The notes under the pieces: generated by a model
Told to the model about the DNA's origin: nothing
The model's input: only the letters and a program-made list of their open reading frames with translations
Database searches by the model: none
In this document: piece by piece, positions 1 to 14,915 of the stretch
Layout: each line of letters opens with the position of its first letter
How positions within the stretch are numbered: position 1 is the stretch's first letter
Position numbers and translations under genes: made by a program
DNA from: Escherichia coli
Lineage (GTDB): Bacteria; Pseudomonadota; Gammaproteobacteria; Enterobacterales; Enterobacteriaceae
Assembly: GCF_022493755.1 (NCBI RefSeq)
Contig: NZ_CP028767.1
Reading direction: 5' to 3' (one strand)
Length of the DNA stretch: 64,000 nt

Positions 1-510
1 GCGAAAAGCGTCACTTTGTATCTGAATGCGCAGATTAAAGCCGGTGCTCAGGCAGTGATGATTTTCGACACCTGGGGCGGTGTGCTTACCGGGCGCGATT
101 ATCAACAGTTCTCGCTCTATTACATGCATAAAATTGTTGATGGTTTACTGCGTGAAAACGACGGTCGCCGCGTGCCAGTCACGCTGTTTACCAAAGGCGG
201 CGGACAGTGGCTGGAAGCGATGGCAGAAACCGGTTGCGATGCGCTGGGCCTCGACTGGACAACGGACATCGCCGATGCGCGCCGCCGTGTGGGCAATAAA
301 GTCGCGTTGCAGGGTAATATGGATCCGTCGATGCTGTACGCGCCGCCTGCCCGCATTGAAGAAGAAGTAGCGACTATACTTGCAGGTTTCGGTCACGGCG
401 AAGGTCATGTCTTTAACCTTGGTCACGGCATTCATCAGGATGTGCCGCCAGAACATGCTGGCGTGTTTGTGGAGGCAGTGCATCGCTTGTCTGAACAATA
501 TCACCGCTAA
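1..510 (+). CDS. hemE: Uroporphyrinogen decarboxylase, C-terminal part (5' end lies outside the window)
   Basis: Frame 1 reads [27 protein letters not shown]... through the ORF-track entry 16..510; recognised as HemE C-terminus. Confidence 0.85.
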
Positions 511-519
511 GGAGTGATT

Positions 520-1191
520 ATGGATCTCGCGTCATTACGCGCTCAACAAATCGAACTGGCTTCTTCTGTGATCCGCGAGGATCGACTCGATAAAGATCCA
601 CCGGATCTGATCGCCGGAGCCGATGTCGGGTTTGAGCAGGGCGGAGAAGTGACGCGAGCGGCGATGGTGCTGCTGAAATATCCCTCGCTTGAGCTGGTGG
701 AGTATAAAGTGGCCCGCATCGCCACCACCATGCCTTACATTCCAGGTTTTCTTTCCTTCCGCGAATATCCTGCGCTGCTGGCAGCGTGGGAGATGCTGTC
801 GCAAAAGCCGGATTTAGTGTTTGTCGATGGTCATGGGATCTCGCATCCTCGCCGTCTTGGCGTCGCCAGCCATTTTGGTTTGATGGTGGATGTGCCAACG
901 ATCGGCGTGGCGAAAAAACGGCTCTGCGGTAAATTCGAACCGCTCTCCAGCGAACCGGGCGCGCTGGCCCCACTGATGGATAAAGGCGAGCAGCTGGCCT
1001 GGGTCTGGCGCAGCAAAGCGCGCTGTAACCCGTTGTTTATCGCTACCGGCCATCGGGTCAGCGTGGACAGCGCGCTGGCGTGGGTACAACGCTGCATGAA
1101 AGGCTATCGTCTGCCGGAGCCAACGCGCTGGGCGGACGCGGTGGCCTCGGAACGTCCGGCGTTCGTGCGCTATACAGCAAATCAGCCCTAA
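520..1191 (+). CDS. nfi: Endonuclease V
   Basis: ORF 514..1191; product [16 protein letters not shown]... recognised as Nfi; start set at the second Met to give 223 aa. Confidence 0.85.
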   Translation: MDLASLRAQQIELASSVIREDRLDKDPPDLIAGADVGFEQGGEVTRAAMVLLKYPSLELVEYKVARIATTMPYIPGFLSFREYPALLAAWEMLSQKPDLVFVDGHGISHPRRLGVASHFGLMVDVPTIGVAKKRLCGKFEPLSSEPGALAPLMDKGEQLAWVWRSKARCNPLFIATGHRVSVDSALAWVQRCMKGYRLPEPTRWADAVASERPAFVRYTANQP

Positions 1192-1233
1192 TTCAGGTAA
1201 ACTGCGGATAATTTCCGTATTTGAGAACTCAAC

Positions 1234-1824
1234 ATGTTACAAAACCCAATTCATCTGCGTCTGGAGCGCCTGGAAAGCTGGCAGCATGTCACTTTCATGG
1301 CTTGCTTATGCGAACGCATGTACCCCAATTACGCCATGTTCTGCCAGCAAACCGGTTTTGGTGATGGGCAAATTTACCGTCGTATTCTCGATCTCATCTG
1401 GGAAACGCTGACCGTTAAAGACGCAAAAGTAAATTTCGACAGCCAACTGGAGAAATTTGAAGAAGCGATTCCTTCAGCCGACGATTTCGATCTGTACGGC
1501 GTTTATCCGGCAATCGATGCCTGCGTGGCGTTAAGTGAACTGGTCCATTCGCGTTTGAGTGGTGAAACGCTCGAACACGCGGTGGAAGTGAGTAAGACCT
1601 CCATCACGACCGTTGCGATGCTGGAAATGACTCAGGCTGGTCGCGAAATGAGCGATGAAGAGCTTAAAGAAAACCCAGCTGTAGAGCAAGAATGGGACAT
1701 TCAGTGGGAAATATTCCGACTTTTAGCTGAGTGCGAAGAACGCGATATCGAGCTGATAAAAGGCCTTAGGGCAGACCTGCGTGAGGCGGGTGAGAGCAAT
1801 ATTGGTATAATTTTTCAGCAATAA
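1234..1824 (+). CDS. yjaG: DUF416 family protein YjaG
   Basis: 196-aa ORF at the conserved position between nfi and hupA. Confidence 0.75.
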   Translation: MLQNPIHLRLERLESWQHVTFMACLCERMYPNYAMFCQQTGFGDGQIYRRILDLIWETLTVKDAKVNFDSQLEKFEEAIPSADDFDLYGVYPAIDACVALSELVHSRLSGETLEHAVEVSKTSITTVAMLEMTQAGREMSDEELKENPAVEQEWDIQWEIFRLLAECEERDIELIKGLRADLREAGESNIGIIFQQ

Positions 1825-2010
1825 GACCAGAAAACGTGATTTAACGCCTGATTTGTCGTACCTGGAGTCTTCCCTTTCGCCCCCCGTCTGGTCTACATTT
1901 GGGGGGCGAAAAAAAGTGGCTATCGGTGCGTGTATGCAGGAGAGTGCTATTCTGGCATTTCCGTCGCACTCGATGCTTAGCAAGCGATAAACACATTGTA
2001 AGGATAACTT

Positions 2011-2283
2011 ATGAACAAGACTCAACTGATTGATGTAATTGCAGAGAAAGCAGAACTGTCCAAAACCCAGGCTAAAGCTGCTCTGGAGTCCACTCTGGCT
2101 GCAATTACTGAGTCTCTGAAAGAAGGCGATGCTGTACAACTGGTTGGTTTCGGTACCTTCAAAGTGAACCACCGCGCTGAGCGTACTGGCCGCAACCCGC
2201 AGACCGGTAAAGAAATCAAAATTGCCGCAGCTAACGTACCGGCATTTGTTTCTGGCAAGGCACTGAAAGACGCAGTTAAGTAA
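2011..2283 (+). CDS. hupA: DNA-binding protein HU-alpha
   Basis: 90-aa [29 protein letters not shown]...; canonical HU sequence. Confidence 0.95.
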
Positions 2284-2289
2284 GATTGC

Positions 2290-2991
2290 GTGGCAGTGAA
2301 CAGTTTTAACGAAGGGGTGGTTTCACCCCTTTTGTCTTTCTGGCGTCGATCATTGATGCTGGCAGGCGCTCTGTTTCTCACTGCCTGTAGTCACAACTCT
2401 TCACTTCCTCCCTTTACCGCCAGTGGATTTGCTGAAGACCAGGGCGCGGTACGCATCTGGCGAAAAGACAGCGGCGATAATGTGCATCTGCTTGCCGTGT
2501 TTAGCCCGTGGCGCAGTGGCGATACCACGACGCGAGAGTATCGCTGGCAGGGCGATAACCTCACGCTCATCAATATCAATGTTTACAGCAAACCGCCGGT
2601 GAACATTCGCGCGCGTTTTGACGATCGCGGTGATCTGAGCTTTATGCAACGTGAATCCGATGGGGAAAAGCAGCAGCTTTCTAACGACCAAATCGATTTA
2701 TACCGTTATCGTGCTGATCAGATCCGCCAGATTAGCGATGCCTTACGTCAGGGGAGAGTCGTGCTGCGCCAGGGGCGCTGGCATGCGATGGAACAGACCG
2801 TGACCACCTGCGAAGGGCAAACCATTAAACCTGATTTAGATTCGCAGGCGATAGCGCATATCGAGCGCCGCCAGAGCCGCTCTTCTGTTGATGTCAGCGT
2901 GGCATGGCTGGAAGCGCCCGAAGGTTCGCAATTACTGTTAGTGGCAAACTCTGATTTCTGTCGCTGGCAACCCAACGAGAAAACGTTCTGA
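2290..2991 (+). CDS. yjaH: Putative lipoprotein YjaH (start uncertain; a hupA terminator-like hairpin at about 2320-2345 lies inside the longest ORF)
   Basis: 233-aa ORF with a lipobox-like LFLTACS near the N-terminus. Confidence 0.7.
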   Translation: MAVNSFNEGVVSPLLSFWRRSLMLAGALFLTACSHNSSLPPFTASGFAEDQGAVRIWRKDSGDNVHLLAVFSPWRSGDTTTREYRWQGDNLTLININVYSKPPVNIRARFDDRGDLSFMQRESDGEKQQLSNDQIDLYRYRADQIRQISDALRQGRVVLRQGRWHAMEQTVTTCEGQTIKPDLDSQAIAHIERRQSRSSVDVSVAWLEAPEGSQLLLVANSDFCRWQPNEKTF

Positions 2992-2992
2992 T

Positions 2993-3418
2993 TTACCAGT
3001 GGCCCATACCCATATGACCGCCACCACCGCAGCCGCCGTAGCCCATGCCCATTCCGGCTCCGCGCGGAATACCCGCTTCAGCCATCGCGATATCTCGTTT
3101 CACCCGTAACTCATCTAACGACTGACGCAAATTCTCCATCTCTTTGGCGACCGCGTTAATTTTGCTGCTATCCGGTGGGTTCGCGGCTAACAGGGCATTG
3201 TATTCATAACGCTTCGTCACCAGTTGCTGTTGCAGTGCGCTGCTTTGAGCGTAAAAGTCATTATGGATTTTCTGCCACGCTGTCTGTTGTTCGCTGGTCA
3301 AAGGCGCGGCATTTTGCTGCCACATACCGTGTCCGCCGTGAGCAAATGCAGATGTCGATCCCATCGCCATTGCTGAAAGCGCCATCATTACCAGGGCAAT
3401 TTTCGTGTTCCGTTTCAT
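2993..3418 (-). CDS. zraP: Zinc resistance-associated periplasmic protein ZraP
   Basis: ORF 2993..3559 trimmed to internal Met MKRNTKIALVMMALSAMA (signal peptide), 141 aa; ATG confirmed as cat at 3416-3418; His/Gly-rich C-terminus. Confidence 0.85.
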   Translation of the reverse strand: MKRNTKIALVMMALSAMAMGSTSAFAHGGHGMWQQNAAPLTSEQQTAWQKIHNDFYAQSSALQQQLVTKRYEYNALLAANPPDSSKINAVAKEMENLRQSLDELRVKRDIAMAEAGIPRGAGMGMGYGGCGGGGHMGMGHW

Positions 3419-3453
3419 GGTTAATCCTCCAGTGGTTGTCTTACTTCGGGTAT

Positions 3454-3469
3454 TGCATCTTCCGTGCCA
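3454..3469 (-). promoter_or_regulatory. Sigma-54 (-24/-12) promoter of zraP
   Basis: Minus strand reads TGGCACGGAAGATGCA (GG-N10-GC) 36-51 bp upstream of the zraP start. Confidence 0.7.
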
Positions 3470-3511
3470 ACGATGAAACGCTGATATGACGGGTAATCTG
3501 GCATGATAAAC

Positions 3512-3557
3512 GAGTAAAAATGACTCGCCTGCTGCGGGTAGCGAGTCATTTTTACTC
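3512..3557. promoter_or_regulatory. Inverted-repeat enhancer (ZraR binding region) between the divergent zraP and zraS promoters
   Basis: GAGTAAAAATGACTCGC (3512-3528) and GCGAGTCATTTTTACTC (3541-3557) form a near-perfect 17-bp inverted repeat. Confidence 0.65.
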
Positions 3558-3608
3558 ATTGAAACTTAAGCCTTTGTGTTACAGCGCAGGGTAAGCGCTG
3601 ATAAAAGA

Positions 3609-3624
3609 TGGCATGATTTCTGCT
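3609..3624 (+). promoter_or_regulatory. Sigma-54 (-24/-12) promoter of zraSR
   Basis: TGGCATGATTTCTGCT (GG-N10-GC) about 30 bp upstream of the zraS start. Confidence 0.65.
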
Positions 3625-3655
3625 GTCAGAAAGGGATGAGCAGGCAAAGAAGAAG

Positions 3656-5032
3656 ATGCGTTTTATGCAACGTTCTAAAGACTCCTTAGCTAAATGGTTA
3701 AGCGCGATCCTCCCCGTGGTCATTGTTGGGCTGGTAGGGTTGTTTGCGGTGACGGTGATTCGCGATTATGGGCGCGAGACTGCCGCCGCCAGACAAACGC
3801 TGCTGGAAAAAGGCAGTGTACTTATTCGCGCTCTTGAATCCGGCTCGCGCGTCGGCATGGGGATGCGCATGCATCATGCGCAGCAGCAGGCCTTACTGGA
3901 AGAAATGGCCGGGCAGCCTGGAGTACGTTGGTTTGCGGTCACGGATGAACAAGGAACAATCGTGATGCATAGCAACTCCGGCATGGTGGGAAAACAGCTT
4001 TATTCCCCGCAGGAAATGCAGCAGTTACATCCTGGAGATGAAGAAGCGTGGCGGCGGATCGATAGCGCAGACGGCGAGCCTGTTCTGGAAATTTATCGCC
4101 AGTTTCAACCGATGTTTGCTGCTGGAATGCACCGGATGCGCCATATGCAGCAGTATGCCGCAACACCACAAGCAATTTTCATCGCTTTCGACGCCAGTAA
4201 TATTGTGAGTGCCGAAGATCGTGAGCAGAGAAACACCCTGATTATCCTCTTCGCCCTGGCGACGGTCTTGCTGGCAAGCGTATTGTCATTCTTCTGGTAT
4301 CGCCGCTATCTGCGCTCGCGCCAGCTTCTACAAGATGAAATGAAGCGCAAAGAGAAGCTGGTGGCGCTGGGGCATCTTGCGGCAGGCGTTGCCCACGAAA
4401 TCCGTAACCCACTTTCCTCGATTAAAGGACTGGCGAAATACTTTGCCGAACGCGCGCCAGCAGGGGGAGAAGCGCATCAATTGGCGCAGGTGATGGCGAA
4501 AGAAGCCGACCGTTTAAACCGCGTGGTAAGCGAGTTGCTGGAACTGGTTAAGCCAACGCATCTGGCTTTGCAGGCGGTGGATCTCAACACGCTGATTAAC
4601 CACTCATTACAGCTGGTAAGCCAGGATGCAAACAGCCGGGAGATCCAGTTACGCTTTACCGCCAACGACACATTACCGGAAATTCAGGCCGATCCGGACA
4701 GGCTGACTCAGGTCCTGTTGAATCTCTATCTCAATGCTATTCAGGCGATTGGTCAGCATGGCGTGATTAGCGTGACGGTCAGCGAAAGCGGCGCGGGCGT
4801 GAAAATCAGCGTTACCGACAGCGGTAAGGGAATTGCGGCAGATCAGCTTGAAGCCATCTTCACTCCGTACTTCACCACCAAAGCCGAAGGCACCGGATTG
4901 GGGCTGGCGGTCGTGCATAATATTGTTGAACAACACGGTGGTACAATTCAGGTCGCAAGCCAGGAGGGAAAAGGCTCAACGTTCACCCTCTGGCTTCCGG
5001 TCAATATTACGCGTAAGGACCCACAAGGATGA
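3656..5032 (+). CDS. zraS: Two-component sensor histidine kinase ZraS
   Basis: 458-aa ORF; H-box LAAGVAHEIRNPLSSIKG and G-box GTGLGLAVVHNIVEQHGG. Confidence 0.9.
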   Translation: MRFMQRSKDSLAKWLSAILPVVIVGLVGLFAVTVIRDYGRETAAARQTLLEKGSVLIRALESGSRVGMGMRMHHAQQQALLEEMAGQPGVRWFAVTDEQGTIVMHSNSGMVGKQLYSPQEMQQLHPGDEEAWRRIDSADGEPVLEIYRQFQPMFAAGMHRMRHMQQYAATPQAIFIAFDASNIVSAEDREQRNTLIILFALATVLLASVLSFFWYRRYLRSRQLLQDEMKRKEKLVALGHLAAGVAHEIRNPLSSIKGLAKYFAERAPAGGEAHQLAQVMAKEADRLNRVVSELLELVKPTHLALQAVDLNTLINHSLQLVSQDANSREIQLRFTANDTLPEIQADPDRLTQVLLNLYLNAIQAIGQHGVISVTVSESGAGVKISVTDSGKGIAADQLEAIFTPYFTTKAEGTGLGLAVVHNIVEQHGGTIQVASQEGKGSTFTLWLPVNITRKDPQG

Positions 5033-6354
5033 CGCACGATAATATCGATATTCTGGTGGTGGATGATGACATTAGCCACTGCACTATTTTGCAGGCTTTA
5101 CTGCGCGGCTGGGGCTATAACGTCGCGCTGGCGAACAGCGGGCGACAGGCGCTGGAGCAGGTGCGGGAACAGGTTTTTGATCTTGTGCTTTGCGATGTGC
5201 GAATGGCGGAGATGGACGGCATCGCCACGCTGAAAGAGATCAAAGCGTTAAACCCGGCAATTCCGGTGCTGATTATGACTGCGTACTCCAGCGTCGAGAC
5301 GGCGGTAGAGGCACTGAAAACTGGGGCGCTGGATTATCTCATCAAGCCGCTGGATTTCGATAACCTACAGGCGACGCTGGAAAAAGCGCTCGCGCATACG
5401 CACAGTATTGATGCTGAAACACCTGCGGTGACTGCCAGCCAGTTCGGTATGGTCGGTAAAAGCCCGGCGATGCAACACCTGCTCAGTGAAATCGCCCTCG
5501 TCGCGCCATCGGAAGCCACGGTACTGATCCACGGCGATTCCGGCACCGGTAAAGAGCTGGTCGCCAGGGCGATTCACGCCAGTAGCGCACGTAGCGAAAA
5601 ACCGCTGGTAACGCTCAACTGTGCGGCACTCAACGAATCCTTACTGGAATCTGAATTGTTCGGTCACGAAAAAGGGGCGTTTACTGGAGCCGATAAACGC
5701 CGGGAAGGGCGCTTTGTTGAGGCGGACGGCGGCACGCTGTTTCTCGATGAAATTGGCGATATCTCGCCGATGATGCAGGTGCGTCTGCTGCGTGCGATTC
5801 AGGAGCGCGAAGTTCAGCGTGTCGGTAGCAACCAGACTATCTCGGTTGATGTCCGGCTGATTGCGGCGACCCATCGCGATCTTGCCGCAGAGGTGAATGC
5901 CGGGCGTTTTCGCCAGGATCTCTACTATCGCCTGAATGTGGTGGCGATTGAAGTACCATCGCTGCGGCAACGGCGGGAGGATATCCCTCTGCTGGCTAGC
6001 CATTTTCTTCAGCGTTTTGCCGAGCGTAATCGCAAGGCGGTAAAAGGCTTTACGCCACAGGCGATGGATTTGCTGATCCACTACGACTGGCCGGGAAACA
6101 TTCGTGAACTGGAAAACGCGGTGGAAAGGTCGGTGGTGCTGCTGACCGGGGAATATATTTCCGAACGCGAGCTGCCGCTGGCGATTGCCAGTACGCCGAT
6201 CCCGCTGGGGCAAAGTCAGGATATTCAGCCGCTGGTGGAAGTCGAAAAAGAAGTGATTCTGGCGGCACTGGAGAAAACGGGCGGCAACAAAACCGAAGCC
6301 GCCCGTCAGTTAGGGATCACGCGCAAAACGCTATTGGCAAAACTGTCGCGTTAG
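5029..6354 (+). CDS. zraR: Sigma-54-dependent response regulator ZraR
   Basis: 441-aa ORF; receiver domain, AAA+ GESGTGKE-like motif (GDSGTGKE), C-terminal HTH; ATGA overlap with zraS. Confidence 0.9.
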   Translation: MTHDNIDILVVDDDISHCTILQALLRGWGYNVALANSGRQALEQVREQVFDLVLCDVRMAEMDGIATLKEIKALNPAIPVLIMTAYSSVETAVEALKTGALDYLIKPLDFDNLQATLEKALAHTHSIDAETPAVTASQFGMVGKSPAMQHLLSEIALVAPSEATVLIHGDSGTGKELVARAIHASSARSEKPLVTLNCAALNESLLESELFGHEKGAFTGADKRREGRFVEADGGTLFLDEIGDISPMMQVRLLRAIQEREVQRVGSNQTISVDVRLIAATHRDLAAEVNAGRFRQDLYYRLNVVAIEVPSLRQRREDIPLLASHFLQRFAERNRKAVKGFTPQAMDLLIHYDWPGNIRELENAVERSVVLLTGEYISERELPLAIASTPIPLGQSQDIQPLVEVEKEVILAALEKTGGNKTEAARQLGITRKTLLAKLSR

Positions 6355-7640
6355 TTCTGCTCGCGTTCGATAGCGCGCCAGCCGATATCTTTCCGGCAGA
6401 AGCAGTCGTCCCAGTGAATATCGGTCATTAAGGCATAAGCGCGTTTCTGCGCTTCTGCCACGGTATGACCCAGCGCGGTGACGCACAGTACGCGCCCGCC
6501 GCTGGTCACTACCTGCTCGTTATCCGCCAGTTTCGTGCCCGCGTGGAACACTTTGCCGCCTGCCACTTCTTCCAGCGGCAGGCCGTGGATCACGTCACCG
6601 GTGCGGTAATCACCCGGATATCCACCCGCAGCCATCACCACGCCGAGAGAAGCGCGTTCATCCCACTCTGACGTTTTCTCGTCCAGTTTGCCTTCACAGG
6701 CCGCCAGGCAGAGCTCAACCAGATCGGACTTCATGCGCAGCATAATCGGCTGGGTTTCTGGATCGCCAAAGCGGCAGTTAAATTCGATAACCTTCGGATT
6801 GCCCTGTTTGTCGATCATCAGGCCCGCGTAGAGAAAACCGGTGTAGGTGTTGCCTTCCGCCGCCATGCCTTTCACGGTTGGCCAGATGATACGTTCCATG
6901 GTGCGCTGATGAACTTCATCGGTTACTACCGGCGCGGGGGAGTAAGCGCCCATCCCGCCCGTGTTTGGTCCGGTATCTTTATCGCCTACGCGTTTGTGAT
7001 CCTGGCTGGTGGCCATCGGCAGCACATGCTCGCCGTCTACCATCACGATAAAGCTCGCTTCTTCGCCATCGAGGAACTCTTCGATAACGATGCGATGACC
7101 CGCGTCGCCAAAAGCGTTGCCCGCCAGCATATCGTGAACAGCCGCTTCCGCTTCTTCCAGCGTCATCGCCACGATAACGCCTTTCCCGGCAGCCAGACCG
7201 TCCGCTTTAATGACGATTGGCGCGCCTTTCTCACGCAGATACGCCAGCGCAGGTTCTACCTCGGTGAAGTTCTGGTATTCCGCCGTAGGGATCTTATGGC
7301 GGGCCAGGAAATCTTTGGTAAACGCTTTTGAGCCTTCCAGTTGGGCCGCACCTGCGGTTGGGCCGAAGATTTTCAGCCCGGCGGCGCGGAAGGTATCGAC
7401 CACGCCTTTCACCAGCGGCGCTTCCGGGCCGACGATGGTCAGATCAATCTTTTCGTTTTGTGCGAAATCCAACAGCGCCGGGATATCGGTCACGCCAATA
7501 GCAACGTTTTGCAGCGCGGGTTCCAGTGCAGTGCCTGCATTACCCGGAGCAACAAAAACAGTCTCAACCAGCGGCGACTGGGCCGCTTTCCAGGCCAGCG
7601 CGTGCTCGCGCCCGCCGTTACCAATCACTAATACTTTCAT
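6351..7640 (-). CDS. purD: Phosphoribosylamine-glycine ligase
   Basis: 429-aa ORF MKVLVIGNGGREHALAWKAAQSP... Confidence 0.95.
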   Translation of the reverse strand: MKVLVIGNGGREHALAWKAAQSPLVETVFVAPGNAGTALEPALQNVAIGVTDIPALLDFAQNEKIDLTIVGPEAPLVKGVVDTFRAAGLKIFGPTAGAAQLEGSKAFTKDFLARHKIPTAEYQNFTEVEPALAYLREKGAPIVIKADGLAAGKGVIVAMTLEEAEAAVHDMLAGNAFGDAGHRIVIEEFLDGEEASFIVMVDGEHVLPMATSQDHKRVGDKDTGPNTGGMGAYSPAPVVTDEVHQRTMERIIWPTVKGMAAEGNTYTGFLYAGLMIDKQGNPKVIEFNCRFGDPETQPIMLRMKSDLVELCLAACEGKLDEKTSEWDERASLGVVMAAGGYPGDYRTGDVIHGLPLEEVAGGKVFHAGTKLADNEQVVTSGGRVLCVTALGHTVAEAQKRAYALMTDIHWDDCFCRKDIGWRAIEREQN

Positions 7641-7651
7641 CTATTGCTCCA

Positions 7652-9241
7652 TTAATGGCGGAAGTGGCGCATGTCGGTGAAGAGCATCGCAATACCGTGC
7701 TCGTCGGCGGCGGCAATCACTTCGTCATCACGGATGGAACCGCCAGGCTGGATTACGCAGGTCACGCCCGCAGCGGCGGCGGCATCAATACCGTCGCGGA
7801 ACGGGAAGAACGCGTCAGAAGCCATCGAGGAACCTTTCACTTCCAGGCCTTCATCGGCAGCTTTAATACCGGCGATTTTCGCGGAGTACACGCGGCTCAT
7901 CTGGCCCGCGCCAATACCGATGGTCATATTGTTTTTGGCATAGACGATAGCATTGGATTTCACGAACTTCGCCACTTTCCAGCAGAACAGCGCATCGCGC
8001 AGTTCCTGTTCGGTCGGCTGACGTTGGGTGACGACGCGCAGTTCTTCCGCACCGACCATCCCCAGGTCACGATCCTGAACCAGCAGACCGCCGTTCACGC
8101 GTTTGAAATCAAGACCCGGAACACGCTCGCCCCACTGACCGCAGGTCAGAACGCGTACGTTCTGCTTGGCGGCGGTGATTTTCAGGGCTTCTTCGCTGGC
8201 GGAAGGCGCAATAATCACTTCGACAAACTGACGAGAAATGATGGCCTGTGCGGTTTCCGCATCTAGCTCGCGGTTAAAGGCAATGATGCCGCCGAATGCG
8301 GAGGTTGGGTCGGTTTTGTACGCGCGATCGTAAGCATCAAGAATGGAATTGCCGATAGCTACACCGCAAGGGTTGGCGTGCTTCACAATCACACATGCCG
8401 GCTCGGCGAACTCTTTCACGCACTCCAGCGCCGCATCGGTATCGGCGATGTTGTTATAAGAGAGGGCTTTACCCTGAACCTGGGTTGCGGTAGCAACGGA
8501 GGCTTCTTTCACATTCTCTTCTATATAGAAGGCAGCCTGCTGGTGGCTGTTCTCGCCGTAACGCATATCCTGCTTCTTAATGAAGTTCAGGTTCAGCGTG
8601 CGTGGGAAGCGACCGGCGGCTTCTTTGCTTTCACCGTGGTACGCCGGAACCATGCTGCCGAAGTAGTTGGCAATCATGCTGTCGTAGGCGGCAGTGTGTT
8701 CGAAGGCTTTGATGGCGAGGTCGAAACGGGTTGCAAGCGTCAGCGATCCTTCGTTGTCATCCATCTCTTTAATAATGGCGTCGTAGTCGCTGCTCTTCAC
8801 CACGATTGCGACATCTTTATGGTTCTTAGCGGCGGAGCGCACCATGGTCGGGCCGCCGATATCGATGTTCTCAACCGCATCTTCCAGCGAGCAACCTTCA
8901 CGGGCCACGGTCTGGGCGAACGGATACAGGTTAACAACCACCATATCGATAGGCTGGATCTGATGTTCTTCCATAATGGCATCGTCCTGGCCGCGACGGC
9001 CCAGAATGCCACCATGTACTTTCGGATGCAGGGTCTTCACGCGTCCATCCATCATCTCCGGGAAACCGGTGTAATCGGAAACTTCGGTTACCGGCAGACC
9101 TTTTTCTGCTAACAGACGGGCAGTGCCCCCTGTAGACAGCAGCTCCACACCGCGTGCGGAAAGTGCCTGGGCGAATTCGACGATACCGGCTTTGTCAGAA
9201 ACACTGAGCAGAGCGCGGCGGACTGGACGACGTTGTTGCAT
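7652..9241 (-). CDS. purH: Bifunctional AICAR transformylase / IMP cyclohydrolase
   Basis: 529-aa [28 protein letters not shown]... Confidence 0.95.
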   Translation of the reverse strand: MQQRRPVRRALLSVSDKAGIVEFAQALSARGVELLSTGGTARLLAEKGLPVTEVSDYTGFPEMMDGRVKTLHPKVHGGILGRRGQDDAIMEEHQIQPIDMVVVNLYPFAQTVAREGCSLEDAVENIDIGGPTMVRSAAKNHKDVAIVVKSSDYDAIIKEMDDNEGSLTLATRFDLAIKAFEHTAAYDSMIANYFGSMVPAYHGESKEAAGRFPRTLNLNFIKKQDMRYGENSHQQAAFYIEENVKEASVATATQVQGKALSYNNIADTDAALECVKEFAEPACVIVKHANPCGVAIGNSILDAYDRAYKTDPTSAFGGIIAFNRELDAETAQAIISRQFVEVIIAPSASEEALKITAAKQNVRVLTCGQWGERVPGLDFKRVNGGLLVQDRDLGMVGAEELRVVTQRQPTEQELRDALFCWKVAKFVKSNAIVYAKNNMTIGIGAGQMSRVYSAKIAGIKAADEGLEVKGSSMASDAFFPFRDGIDAAAAAGVTCVIQPGGSIRDDEVIAAADEHGIAMLFTDMRHFRH

Positions 9242-9276
9242 GGTAAATCCCCTGGATTTGACTATTACAGAGAGCG

Positions 9277-9309
9277 TTAGCTGAATTTTTCGCGAAAAAC
9301 TCAGCTAAC
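9277..9309. promoter_or_regulatory. 33-bp perfect palindrome in the purH upstream/leader region
   Basis: GTTAGCTGAATTTTTCGCGAAAAACTCAGCTAAC read directly from the sequence. Confidence 0.5.
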
Positions 9310-9348
9310 GCCCCTAACGGGGCATCCTTATTTTTCGCCCGCATTGTA

Positions 9349-9364
9349 ACGAAAACGTTTGCGC
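9349..9364. promoter_or_regulatory. PurR operator (PUR box) of purHD
   Basis: ACGAAAACGTTTGCGC matches the palindromic PUR-box core CGCAAACGTTTTCG. Confidence 0.6.
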
Positions 9365-9535
9365 AACGCTCGCGAATTTTTCTCTTTCAATGGTGATCAC
9401 AATTTTGACAGTGGTTACCGTGGGAAAAATACAGAAATTACATTGATGATTGTGGATAACTCTGTGCGTAAAAAGGTATAAAGCGGGGTTTTGCTGGGGA
9501 ATGCAGCAGTCAGTCATTTTTCTGCAATTTTTCTA

Positions 9536-9563
9536 TTGCGGCCTGCGGAGAACTCCCTATAAT
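9536..9563 (+). promoter_or_regulatory. rRNA operon promoter P1 (-35 TTGCGG, 16-bp spacer, -10 TATAAT), with AT-rich UP/FIS region upstream
   Basis: Hexamers at 9536-9541 and 9558-9563. Confidence 0.7.
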
Positions 9564-9645
9564 GCGCCTCCATCGACACGGCGGATGTGAATTACTTCAC
9601 ACAAACAGCCGGTTCGGTTGAAGAGAAAAATCCTGAAATTCAGGG

Positions 9646-9673
9646 TTGACTCTGAAAGAGGAAAGCGTAATAT
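9646..9673 (+). promoter_or_regulatory. rRNA operon promoter P2 (-35 TTGACT, 16-bp spacer, -10 TAATAT)
   Basis: Hexamers at 9646-9651 and 9668-9673. Confidence 0.7.
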
Positions 9674-9710
9674 ACGCCACCTCGCGACAGTGCGCTAAAG
9701 CGCGTCGCAA

Positions 9711-9730
9711 CTGCTCTTTAACAATTTATC
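9711..9730 (+). promoter_or_regulatory. rrn leader antitermination boxA
   Basis: TGCTCTTTAACAATTTATCA matches the rrn boxA consensus. Confidence 0.75.
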
Positions 9731-9855
9731 AGACAATCTGTGTGGGCACTCGAAGATACGGATTCTTAACGTCGCAAGACGAAAAATGAATACCAAGTCT
9801 CAAGAGTGAACACGTAATTCATTACGAAGTTTAATTCTTTGAGCATCAAACTTTT

Positions 9856-11397
<1,542 letters not shown>

Positions 11398-11481
11398 CTT
11401 AAAGAAGCGTTCTTTGAAGTGCTCACACAGATTGTCTGATAGAAAGTGAAAAGCAAGGCGTCTTGCGAAGCAGACTGATAC

Positions 11482-11557
11482 GTCCCCTTCGTCTAGAGGC
11501 CCAGGACACCGCCCTTTCACGGCGGTAACAGGGGTTCGAATCCCCTAGGGGACGCCA
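11482..11557 (+). tRNA. gltV: tRNA-Glu (spacer tRNA)
   Basis: GTCCCCTTCGTCTAGAGGCCCAGGACACCGCCCTTTCACGGCGGTAACAGGGGTTCGAATCCCCTAGGGGACGCCA, 76 nt. Confidence 0.95.
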
Positions 11558-11750
11558 CTTGCTGGTTTGTGAGTGAAAGTCACCTGCCTTAATATCTCAA
11601 AACTCATCTTCGGGTGATGTTTGAGATATTTGCTCTTTAAAAATCTGGATCAAGCTGAAAATTGAAACACTGAACAACGAAAGTTGTTCGTGAGTCTCTC
11701 AAATTTTCGCAACACGATGATGAATCGCAAGAAACATCTTCGGGTTGTGA

Positions 11751-14653
<2,903 letters not shown>

Positions 14654-14745
14654 ACAACGCCGAAGGTGTTTTGGCGGATGAGAGAAGATTTTCAGCCTGA
14701 TACAGATTAAATCAGAACGCAGAAGCGGTCTGATAAAACAGAATT

Positions 14746-14865
14746 TGCCTGGCGGCCTTAGCGCGGTGGTCCCACCTGACCCCATGCCGAACTCAGAAGT
14801 GAAACGCCGTAGCGCCGATGGTAGTGTGGGGTCTCCCCATGCGAGAGTAGGGAACTGCCAGGCAT
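14746..14865 (+). rRNA. rrfE: 5S ribosomal RNA
   Basis: TGCCTGGCGGC...CTGCCAGGCAT, 120 nt. Confidence 0.97.
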
Positions 14866-14915
14866 CAAATAAAACGAAAGGCTCAGTCGAAAGACTGGGC
14901 CTTTCGTTTTATCTG
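14866..14915 (+). terminator. rrn T1 rho-independent terminator; further hairpins and a REP-like element follow to about 15125
   Basis: AAAACGAAAGGCTCAGTCGAAAGACTGGGCCTTTCGTTTT followed by a T-rich run. Confidence 0.85.

Noticed and set aside
80-1097. Overlapping and antisense ORFs within hemE and nfi, and similar nested ORFs inside most large genes (metH, plsB, malF and others)
   Set aside because: They are shadow ORFs embedded in well-supported genes, typical of GC-rich coding DNA, with no independent signals.
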